Source of the DNA: an uncultured archaeon
Lineage (GTDB): Archaea; Iainarchaeota; Iainarchaeia; Iainarchaeales; Iainarchaeaceae
Assembly: GCA_964577555.1 (NCBI GenBank)
Contig: CAZNZM010000010.1
Span: 6,796 to 38,795 of the forward strand
Reading direction: 5' to 3'
DNA length: 32,000 nt
Part shown: positions 15,712 through 22,449 of the stretch, piece by piece
Numbering within the stretch: position 1 is the first letter of the stretch
How the letters are laid out: every line of letters starts with the position of its first letter
Made by a program: the position numbers and the translations under genes
Notes under the pieces: generated by a model
Told to the model about the DNA's origin: nothing
Databases searched by the model: none
Seen by the model: the letters and a program-made list of their open reading frames with translations, nothing else

Positions 15712-16542
15712 TTATAAGGTGTCAGAATGCAGTTTTTGTTCTTTGGCTGGCTGCTTATCTGCTTGATGACTTTTGTGTTCTTTTATTTTTTTAAGAGTCT
15801 CATAATATGCGCCTATAACGTCTTTGAGTTCCATTCTTCTTTTCAAGCCCAGCCTATGAACTTCTTGAAAATACACTGTTACGAGTCTTATTGCAACTTC
15901 TTCATCGCTTAGGTTCATCCAGTTTTCCTCCATCATTTTTTTACTAATCATACTTTCTAATTTGTTTTTTTCATTATTTTCTGCTTCGTTTGTTTGTTCA
16001 GTTTTTTTTGTTTCAGGTTCACTAATAATTTCTTCCGTGTCTTTTTCTTCTATTTTGATTGGGATTTTTTTTATTATTGTTCTGGTTTTTACTACTGGGA
16101 CTTTTTTTACGATTGTTTTCGTTTTTATAACTGGGACTTTTTTTATTATTGTTCTCACGATTGTTTTTGGTTTAGCTTTCACTTTTTTTATGATTGGCTT
16201 GCCTTTTTTGTATGAAGTCCACAATCTTACTGCTTGTTTGAATGTTTTGCCAGCAATTAATTGCCTTTTCATGAATAAGTTGTACTCTGAAAGTTGCTTC
16301 TTTGATTTTTTCTTTGAAAGCTTTTCCAGATTTTCTTTTAATTTTTCCATTTCTTTTTTAAGAGAAGCCGTTTTTGCAGTAACAGACTTGACTTTTTTTT
16401 CAGCCTTCTTTTTGACAGCAAAAATTGATTTTTTAAGAGCTTTTGCCTTTTTGCTTTCAGATTTAAGGGTTTTTTTAAGTTTTTTTAATTCTTTTCTGAC
16501 TTTTTTTCCAGGGTTTTTTGATTTAGAAACCATTGTTTTCAC
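15712..16542 (-). CDS. hypothetical Lys-rich protein with internal 12-aa tandem repeats
   Basis: 276-aa ORF. Lys-rich coiled-coil N-terminus, a segment LSEYNLFMKRQLIAGKTFKQAVRLWTSYKK, four I[IV]KK[VI]P[VI]xKTxT units, an acidic linker, and a C-terminal helical domain (VAIRLVTVYFQEVHRLGLKRRMELKDVIGAYYETLKK). Minus-strand TATA-like catttaaatac about 40 nt upstream. Confidence 0.65.
   Translation of the reverse strand: MKTMVSKSKNPGKKVRKELKKLKKTLKSESKKAKALKKSIFAVKKKAEKKVKSVTAKTASLKKEMEKLKENLEKLSKKKSKKQLSEYNLFMKRQLIAGKTFKQAVRLWTSYKKGKPIIKKVKAKPKTIVRTIIKKVPVIKTKTIVKKVPVVKTRTIIKKIPIKIEEKDTEEIISEPETKKTEQTNEAENNEKNKLESMISKKMMEENWMNLSDEEVAIRLVTVYFQEVHRLGLKRRMELKDVIGAYYETLKKIKEHKSHQADKQPAKEQKLHSDTL
16051..16197 (-). 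repeat. 36-bp in-frame tandem repeat (about 4 units) inside the 276-aa CDS
   Basis: On the + strand, tttttttattattgttctggtttttactactgggac / tttttttacgattgttttcgtttttataactgggac / tttttttattattgttctcacgattg.... These encode IIKKVPVIKTKT / IVKKVPVVKTRT / IIKKIPIKIEEK. Confidence 0.75.
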
Positions 16543-16611
16543 TTAATAACTATTGTTGGTTAAAGTATTTAAATGTGTTGTAAACCTTGTATTTTTATTT
16601 TTTCTTATTTT

Positions 16612-16917
16612 TTAGACCAAACCTTTGAACATTTTGAAGAATTTTTGTTTGGTGACTTTTAATTCTTTTTGTCCTTTATTGGTTAAGCTGTAAATAATCA
16701 TTTTGCCTTGCATAGTCTCCTTTATAAGCCCAGCTTCATAAAGGCTTTTCAATGCAGGGTATATTGTGCCAGGGCTTGGAAGTGAGCCTTTTCTTTCAGC
16801 AAGTTCTTTTGCAATTTTTTGCCCATGCATTGGTTTTTTGGAAACAATATAAAGAATCAAAAAAGACAACAAGCCTCTCATGTCACAACAACAATTATTT
16901 TTATCTTTGCATTTCAT
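16612..16917 (-). CDS. PadR family transcriptional regulator
   Basis: 101 aa with a typical PadR winged helix: LLSFLILYIVSKKPMHGQKIAKELAERKGSLPSPGTIYPALKSLYEAGLI. An unusual Cys cluster (NNCCCD) sits at the N-terminus. Confidence 0.85.
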   Translation of the reverse strand: MKCKDKNNCCCDMRGLLSFLILYIVSKKPMHGQKIAKELAERKGSLPSPGTIYPALKSLYEAGLIKETMQGKMIIYSLTNKGQKELKVTKQKFFKMFKGLV

Positions 16918-16931
16918 AAAATTATATTGGT

Positions 16932-16981
16932 TATACGATAATATTTTAATAAATTTACATAATTTTAATATCGTATATACG
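16932..16981. promoter_or_regulatory. inverted-repeat candidate operator in the PadR/nitroreductase divergent promoter region
   Basis: tatacgata (16932-16940) and tatcgtata (16969-16977) are perfect reverse complements. cgtatatacg (16972-16981) is itself a 10-bp palindrome. Both lie in the 90-bp gap between the two divergent start codons. Confidence 0.5.
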
Positions 16982-17007
16982 ATTTATTTTTTTGATTGGT
17001 GATTCTC

Positions 17008-17619
17008 ATGGATTTTAAAGAAATAGTGCTGAAAAGATACGCAACAAAAAGTTTTGATGGAAGAATAATTCCTGAAGAAAAATTCAAGGAGTTGGAAGAA
17101 ATCATAAGATATTCGGCTTCTTCATATAACCTTCAACCTTGGAAATTTGTTATTGTCAAGGATAAAGAAACAAAGGAAAAACTTTTGCCTTTTGCCTGGA
17201 ATCAGCCGCAAATAACAACTTGCTCCCACTTAATCGTTATGTGTGCAGATACTGATCTTGAAAGCAAGGTAAAAAAACTTGAAGAAAAACTTGTTGAATC
17301 CGGAGTTCCAAAAGAAAAAATAGACAGCCTTATAGAAATGATCTCAGGTTTTGTAAAAAGCATGTCTAAATCACAAAGGTTGGTTTGGGCTCAAAAACAA
17401 GTTTATATAGCGTTATCAAATGCAATTAATGGTGCAAAAGAGCTTGGCTTTGATTCGTGTCCAATGGAAGGTTTTATTCCCAAGGATTTTGCCAAGATAC
17501 TTAAATTGCCAAAGCACATAGTCCCAACTGTTGTTGTGCCAGTTGGTTATGCAAACGATACGCCAAGGCCGAAAACAAGATTTTCCAGAGACGAAGTTTT
17601 TCAAGATTACAAATCTTAG
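17008..17619 (+). CDS. nitroreductase family NAD(P)H-flavin oxidoreductase
   Basis: RYATKSFDGR near the N-terminus and SASSYNLQPWKFVIV, characteristic of the NfsB/nitroreductase fold. The track ORF starts at a TTG (16996); the ATG at 17008 (MDFKEIVLKRYA) is preferred. Confidence 0.85.
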   Translation: MDFKEIVLKRYATKSFDGRIIPEEKFKELEEIIRYSASSYNLQPWKFVIVKDKETKEKLLPFAWNQPQITTCSHLIVMCADTDLESKVKKLEEKLVESGVPKEKIDSLIEMISGFVKSMSKSQRLVWAQKQVYIALSNAINGAKELGFDSCPMEGFIPKDFAKILKLPKHIVPTVVVPVGYANDTPRPKTRFSRDEVFQDYKS

Positions 17620-17710
17620 TTTTTTTAAATAGGTATTCAACCAGTTTGTTGATAATTTTTAAACGTTCAAAATATTAATTTTCAAAATCAAATAATATTT
17701 TGGGGGTTTT

Positions 17711-18217
17711 TTGGATAGAGATATAGATATAATTTACAATTTATATCGCTGCCTTATACCTGAATTTACCAAGAGTCATGCTTTAATTTATCGCTTGCTT
17801 TGGCGGATTGAACCTTTAAGCGGTGATAAAATTTCAAAGGAAACAGGCATTTGCAGGGCAAAAACTTTTGCAATTCTCAAGCAATTAGTGATTCTCGGTT
17901 TGGTGAAAAAAACAAGTTTCAAGCCGATTGGTTACTTTGCAAGAGACCCTGTAGGTGCCTATTCTTCTTTGCTAAAAAAAGTCTTGCCTAAACTTGAAGC
18001 AGGAAAAACAAAGATCAAAGAACTTGTACAGAATTCTTCCAGCCTTAGCGGAGAAGTTTATTTAATAAAACTTGATGGCGGGCAACAAACAATAATAAGT
18101 AAAGAAACCCGTGAATCTATCACTGATAGAAAAGCTTTGGAAGAAATCAGGGCTGCTATTGATAGAAAAATATTTGGCTCAAACCCGCGCGAAAAGAAAT
18201 GGGTTATTTACAGGTAA
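17711..18217 (+). CDS. TrmB/MarR-like winged-helix transcriptional regulator
   Basis: 168 aa. HALIYRLLWRIEPLSGDKISKETGICRAKTFAILKQLVILGLVKK fits the TrmB-type N-terminal HTH pattern. TTG start preceded by tggggg about 5 nt upstream. Confidence 0.6.
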   Translation: MDRDIDIIYNLYRCLIPEFTKSHALIYRLLWRIEPLSGDKISKETGICRAKTFAILKQLVILGLVKKTSFKPIGYFARDPVGAYSSLLKKVLPKLEAGKTKIKELVQNSSSLSGEVYLIKLDGGQQTIISKETRESITDRKALEEIRAAIDRKIFGSNPREKKWVIYR

Positions 18218-18386
18218 TCTTGATTTTTTTTGTTTAGCCGAGTTTTTTTGAATCATTTTTGTTTCTTCCGCGTGTTTTTTTTACATGTTTTTGTGATTGT
18301 TTTTTTGTAAGTTGTTTTCTTATTTTGTAATTTGCGAGCCAAGTTTTTTGGACACTTATTTTTTTATTAGTTATAATAATTTTTTT
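18218..18386 (+). repeat. oligo(T)-punctuated repeat island D (short)
   Basis: Same vocabulary (tttgcgagccaagttttttgg at about 18341-18361; tgtttagccgagtttttttg) between the convergent stop codons of the TrmB-like and VirB4-like genes. Confidence 0.6.
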
Positions 18387-20087
18387 TCAGCTTGGCTTCG
18401 TATTTACTAAGTTAAGTTCTTTTTCCGAGGCTATTACATTTAATGGAATATGGTCATTCATTGCGATGAGTATTCCTTCTCCTGGTTGGGCATTGAGCAG
18501 AATGTTTTGTTCCGAAGGATTGAGCATAAATTTTTCAGCTATTTGGTCAATTGCCCCGGCTTCTTGGCGTCCGAAAAATTTCCACGCGGTGTTTGAGATT
18601 ATTGTATTTCCTGCATTTGTTGATAAAAGGTCTTGCGCTTCTTGTGTTATAATAATTATTCCCATATTGAATTTTCTTGAAGTTTTTACTAGTTCAAAAA
18701 TGCGATTTGCATGTTCCGCATATTTTAGCAAAGACCATGCTTCGTCAACAACAAGAATTTTTTTTCCTTTTTCAGAGCGCATTTTTCCATGGATATACTC
18801 CATAATGAGAAACATTATTGCTGGTTTAAGCGCTTCGGGCATTTCAGATATGTTAAAACAGACTATTTTTTTATCAGAGAATTGTGCAGTGTGTTTGTCC
18901 ATAAAAGAAAAAGAGCCATTGACAAAAATATTAAGCCTGCTTTCAAGTATTGAAAACGTACGTTTTTCATATTTTGCGGCTTTCTTCAATTCTTTTGATA
19001 TTTCAAAAAATAGATCGCTTATTAAAGGCGGTTGTCTTTTCCAACTTTCAGGGTTATTGTGAAAAATTCCTTTGTCACTATAAATTTTTTGTATGGCTTT
19101 GTCGAGAATTGATTTTTGTTCTTCGTTCAAATTTCCTAAAAGTATTCCGAAAAAATCTATTAATGAAAGAACCTTTTCGCCAAAGTCGATTCCGGCCATA
19201 TCAAAAGGATTTATTGCCTTTCCGCTTTTTGCACTTATTTCAACTACTTCCCCACCATATTTTGAAGTCAGTGCAGAGTATTCGCCTTGCGGATCAATTA
19301 TTATTACTTTGATTCCGATAAATTGGCTTCTTAATATTAAAAGCTTTGCCAATACGCTTTTTCCCCCTCCTGAAGTTCCAAGAATAAGTCCATTATAATT
19401 GGCTAAACTGAATGGGTTTATTATTATGGGAATTTTATTAATCGAGTTTGAGCCGAATAAAATGCCTTCCTCGTCAATATTCAAAAAAGAAGTCGTAAAA
19501 GGAAAGCAGGCAGCCAATGCTGAAGAAGTTATATTTCTGTTGATTTTTAGCAAATCTTTTTGTATTGGAAGGCACGATTTTACAGCTTCATACATTCTCA
19601 TAAACGGTATTTTTGGCACTATCATTATTGAATTCATTTCAGCGCATACTTTTTTTGATGCTATTTCAAGCGATTCCTTGTCATTCGCACGACAATTTAC
19701 ATATAATGACATGTTGAACAGTTTTTCCTCGCCTTTTTGCAGCATTTCCAAAACATTCATTGTATCTGCACGCTGTATTCTAAGAGAAGGGTTTACAATT
19801 CCTTTTATTTCAGCAGCGGCAAGATCCGATTCTTGTTTCACAAGTTCTGCATTCAGGCTTGTAAGAACCGAATCAATTTCCATTGGCGCACAATGAATGC
19901 TTATGTCGAAATTGCCTTCACTTGAAACTATTGTATCAAGCCAGCCTTCTTTTATTTCTCTCGGATAACCTACTGCCATGACCGGTCTGTTAAATTCATT
20001 TCCTAAAACCATCCAACCAGGTTCGTTTTTTAGATATGAATGTGTAAAAAGACTTTTTATGTTCTCCATATAAATCACTGATTGCAT
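18387..20087 (-). CDS. VirB4/TrbE/PrgJ-family type IV secretion (conjugation-like) ATPase, core portion
   Basis: 566 aa. Walker A LGTSGGGKSVLAKLL, IIDPQGEY, Walker B KKILVVDEAWSLL, IIIITQEAQDLL. The upstream segment AVGYPREIKEGWLDTIV...ISIHCAP is typical of the VirB4 middle region. Confidence 0.85.
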   Translation of the reverse strand: MQSVIYMENIKSLFTHSYLKNEPGWMVLGNEFNRPVMAVGYPREIKEGWLDTIVSSEGNFDISIHCAPMEIDSVLTSLNAELVKQESDLAAAEIKGIVNPSLRIQRADTMNVLEMLQKGEEKLFNMSLYVNCRANDKESLEIASKKVCAEMNSIMIVPKIPFMRMYEAVKSCLPIQKDLLKINRNITSSALAACFPFTTSFLNIDEEGILFGSNSINKIPIIINPFSLANYNGLILGTSGGGKSVLAKLLILRSQFIGIKVIIIDPQGEYSALTSKYGGEVVEISAKSGKAINPFDMAGIDFGEKVLSLIDFFGILLGNLNEEQKSILDKAIQKIYSDKGIFHNNPESWKRQPPLISDLFFEISKELKKAAKYEKRTFSILESRLNIFVNGSFSFMDKHTAQFSDKKIVCFNISEMPEALKPAIMFLIMEYIHGKMRSEKGKKILVVDEAWSLLKYAEHANRIFELVKTSRKFNMGIIIITQEAQDLLSTNAGNTIISNTAWKFFGRQEAGAIDQIAEKFMLNPSEQNILLNAQPGEGILIAMNDHIPLNVIASEKELNLVNTKPS

Positions 20088-20095
20088 CCAATTTT

Positions 20096-20938
20096 TTATG
20101 ATTTTAAAGATGAGGAAAGAAAAGTAATTTTTCTCGGCTTTTCGAATTTTGAATTTAAATTGTTTCCGGCAATTGCAAGAAAAAGTTTGGCAATTTCGTT
20201 TTCGTCAAGTCTTTTGGCACTTAAACCGCCTTTTTTGAGTTTTGTGATGCAAAGAGAACTTCTTGCTTCCAGCAAACTTTCATCAAGGCTATTCTCCGTT
20301 GGATTGTCTTCTCCAACCACTATGAAAAAACGCCTATTTCTGACTGAATTTTTCCTATTGTAATTTTCGATAAAATTTCTAAATTCAAAAAAATAATCTG
20401 AGATTTTCTTATTTCCTTGCAAAGATGCGCATTTTGATGTTTTTTCAAGGTATTCAAAAAGCGATAATTCAGTTGTTCTGACAAATATTTGTATTGGAAA
20501 GTCAAGGGAGTTAAGAAAGTCTCTATAAGCAACTATCACTGATTCTTGTTGCTTTTGTGAAAGTATTTTGAAATTTATTGGAAAAACTTCTATAATTGCT
20601 TTTTTTGAACCATCATCCAAAATTAATTTGTTGTCTTCTATTTTTTTTATTCCCGTAAATTTTTCAGATTCTTTGTCAAAAAAACCTGATTCTTTTTTTG
20701 ATAAAACAAATGACAGGAAATTAATGGAGTGTCTTGAAAAATCCAAAAACGCAAATCCGAATCCAGCAAAAGCAAGCAATATGAGCGCAGTTATTTTGAT
20801 TTCAATGCTTAAATTTGTTTTAAGGAAAAAAATCAAGCCTATTAAAATAAAAATGCCTAACCAAAAGCATTGTCTTGCTGAAAGATTGAATATTATTTTT
20901 TCTTCATATTTTAGGTTTTTTGGTATTTCATAAGGCAT
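20096..20938 (-). CDS. PrgI/VirB3-like membrane protein fused to a VirB4 N-terminal-domain-like segment
   Basis: 280 aa. N-terminus MPYEIPKNLKYEEKIIFNLSARQCFWLGIFILIGLIFFL plus a second TM matches the PrgI/VirB3 pattern (polar lead-in, KI-F-L-x-RQ, two TM helices). The C-terminal part (LILDDGSKKAIIEVFPINFKILSQKQQESVIVAYRDFLNSLDFPIQIFV) resembles the start of VirB4. GAGGT ribosome binding site; 8-nt gap to the ATPase gene. Confidence 0.65.
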   Translation of the reverse strand: MPYEIPKNLKYEEKIIFNLSARQCFWLGIFILIGLIFFLKTNLSIEIKITALILLAFAGFGFAFLDFSRHSINFLSFVLSKKESGFFDKESEKFTGIKKIEDNKLILDDGSKKAIIEVFPINFKILSQKQQESVIVAYRDFLNSLDFPIQIFVRTTELSLFEYLEKTSKCASLQGNKKISDYFFEFRNFIENYNRKNSVRNRRFFIVVGEDNPTENSLDESLLEARSSLCITKLKKGGLSAKRLDENEIAKLFLAIAGNNLNSKFEKPRKITFLSSSLKS

Positions 20939-20947
20939 GTTTTAACC

Positions 20948-21964
20948 TCAAAATGTCTGCTTTTTTTGGATGTTTTGTCCAGCAAATTGCTTTGCAAAGC
21001 TTCCGTTGAATATTGGAGCAATAACCAAATTGCTTGCAATTTGAATTACCGGTCTGAAAAACGCAAATGCCATTGCCGCAACATTAAATACTCCTATTGT
21101 GAAAAACGCAAATGCTGGCAAGTATTGTGATGCAGGTGTGTTTCCTAAACCTATAACCACGCCTGTTGCCGCAACGATTATTATTGAATCAAAAAATTGC
21201 AACAAAATGGCTACGCCCAATATTCCAAAAATGGCTTTTCCAAATTGTTTGAGCGGTGGTGTAAAATAACTGAAAATCCCTATTGGAAGTATTGCTGTTC
21301 CAACAAGCAAAATTATTTGCCTGAAAAAAAGTGTGAATCCTGCAAAACCCGCCGCAAAAATTAGAAATATTATTAATAAAGGGTTGCTGTTTTGCATTAC
21401 TGGAAAAATAAGTTTTTCAGGATGATTTCCAAGAACATGAGATGCAGCCAAGGTTCCTATTTCTATTAATATTTTGTATAAATCAAATGATGCAGAAATA
21501 ATAATCATTGATATTATCACTCCTTTGATTAATTCTTTGGCTTCTGCTCTTTTGGCATGGTTTTCAAATGCAATTATAAAAAATAATCCTGCGACAGACA
21601 AATTCATCAAGTAAAACAAGGAAATTAATGCTATTACCGAACTCCAAATGTTTCGCATTGGTTCAATGTCAGGCGGGGAAGCAAGCAACAAATAAAAAAG
21701 TTGAGTAAGAGGGGAACCAAATTCATTTAAAGAATTTTCAAAATAATTTTTGAACAAATCAAAGCCTTGTTGCGGGAGTTTTCCGGTAAAATCCTTGATT
21801 TGGTTGGTTGCACCGCTTATTGCATTTATAACTCCACTTATATCAATATTTATTAAGGGATTTACGATAATTGGGGTTTCATTTTTTGCAGAAAATGCTG
21901 ATTGGGAGTTGAAGAGCAGGCATAAGAAAACAATTGGAAGAAAGAACCAAAAAAATTTATCCAT
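20948..21964 (-). CDS. VirB6/TrbL-like polytopic membrane protein (by topology and context)
   Basis: 338 aa. Signal/anchor MDKFFWFFLPIVFLCLLFNSQSAFSA, a ~60-aa polar loop, then at least six hydrophobic helices. GGGAGGG ribosome binding site; 9-nt gap to the next gene. The assignment rests on topology and operon position, not on motifs. Confidence 0.55.
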   Translation of the reverse strand: MDKFFWFFLPIVFLCLLFNSQSAFSAKNETPIIVNPLINIDISGVINAISGATNQIKDFTGKLPQQGFDLFKNYFENSLNEFGSPLTQLFYLLLASPPDIEPMRNIWSSVIALISLFYLMNLSVAGLFFIIAFENHAKRAEAKELIKGVIISMIIISASFDLYKILIEIGTLAASHVLGNHPEKLIFPVMQNSNPLLIIFLIFAAGFAGFTLFFRQIILLVGTAILPIGIFSYFTPPLKQFGKAIFGILGVAILLQFFDSIIIVAATGVVIGLGNTPASQYLPAFAFFTIGVFNVAAMAFAFFRPVIQIASNLVIAPIFNGSFAKQFAGQNIQKKQTF

Positions 21965-21982
21965 AGCCTGCCCTCCCGGGTT

Positions 21983-22282
21983 TCATGGGGATGTAAGATA
22001 ATTTACAACAAGTGGAGCCACCCAAACCAGTACAAGCCCTACAATAGCGTATGACACCATTGATTTTGCATTTTCCCTTGTTTGAATGTTATTGCCAGAA
22101 AACATGTACATTGCTCCGGCGGCTGTTATCGCTATTACTCCAAGAACCGAAATTATTGCTTTCATCAAATCATAGATTTTTGTTATCGGCTCTTTGATTT
22201 TTTCCATATCACTTGTTGTTTCAGCTAAGCAAAAACCTGAAAGCAATATAGTTGCAATAAGAATTGTTGTAATAGTTTTCAT
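21983..22282 (-). CDS. VirB2/TrbC/CedA1-like pilin candidate
   Basis: 99 aa. Signal peptide MKTITTILIATILLSGFCLA|ETT, then a short amphipathic segment and two hydrophobic helices (AIISVLGVIAITAAGAMYMF and MVSYAIVGLVLVWVAPLVV) joined by the polar loop SGNNIQTRENAKS. This is the canonical conjugative-pilin hairpin. First gene of the operon, with GGAGGTG upstream. Confidence 0.6.
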   Translation of the reverse strand: MKTITTILIATILLSGFCLAETTSDMEKIKEPITKIYDLMKAIISVLGVIAITAAGAMYMFSGNNIQTRENAKSMVSYAIVGLVLVWVAPLVVNYLTSP

Positions 22283-22286
22283 ACAA

Positions 22287-22335
22287 CACCTCCGAAGTTT
22301 GTTTAATTCATCTTCCTTTTGTGTTGTATAAATAC
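22287..22335 (-). promoter_or_regulatory. promoter and ribosome binding site of the VirB-like operon
   Basis: Minus-strand gtatttatac (TATA, + coordinates 22326-22335) about 45-50 nt upstream of the ATG at 22282. GGAGGTG (22287-22293) sits 4 nt upstream of the ATG. Confidence 0.5.
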
Positions 22336-22449
22336 TTTTGGTTTTGCAAGTATAGATTTTTTGGAATTTGAATGAGTAATTTTAACTCGGCAAATCGGAT
22401 TTTTGAAATTTATGTGTTTAGAATTATTGTATAAATCGTGCTGTTTTTT

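Noticed and set aside
12505-15717. Phe-rich + strand ORFs inside the T-rich islands (12505-12744, 13066-13332, 14932-15114, 15127-15321, 15415-15717, 15444-15656, 15476-15709)
   Set aside because: They are just poly-T read as Phe/Leu/Val. They overlap one another in different frames, lack ribosome binding sites, and one runs across the SRP RNA 3' end. I treat them as translation artefacts of low-complexity DNA.
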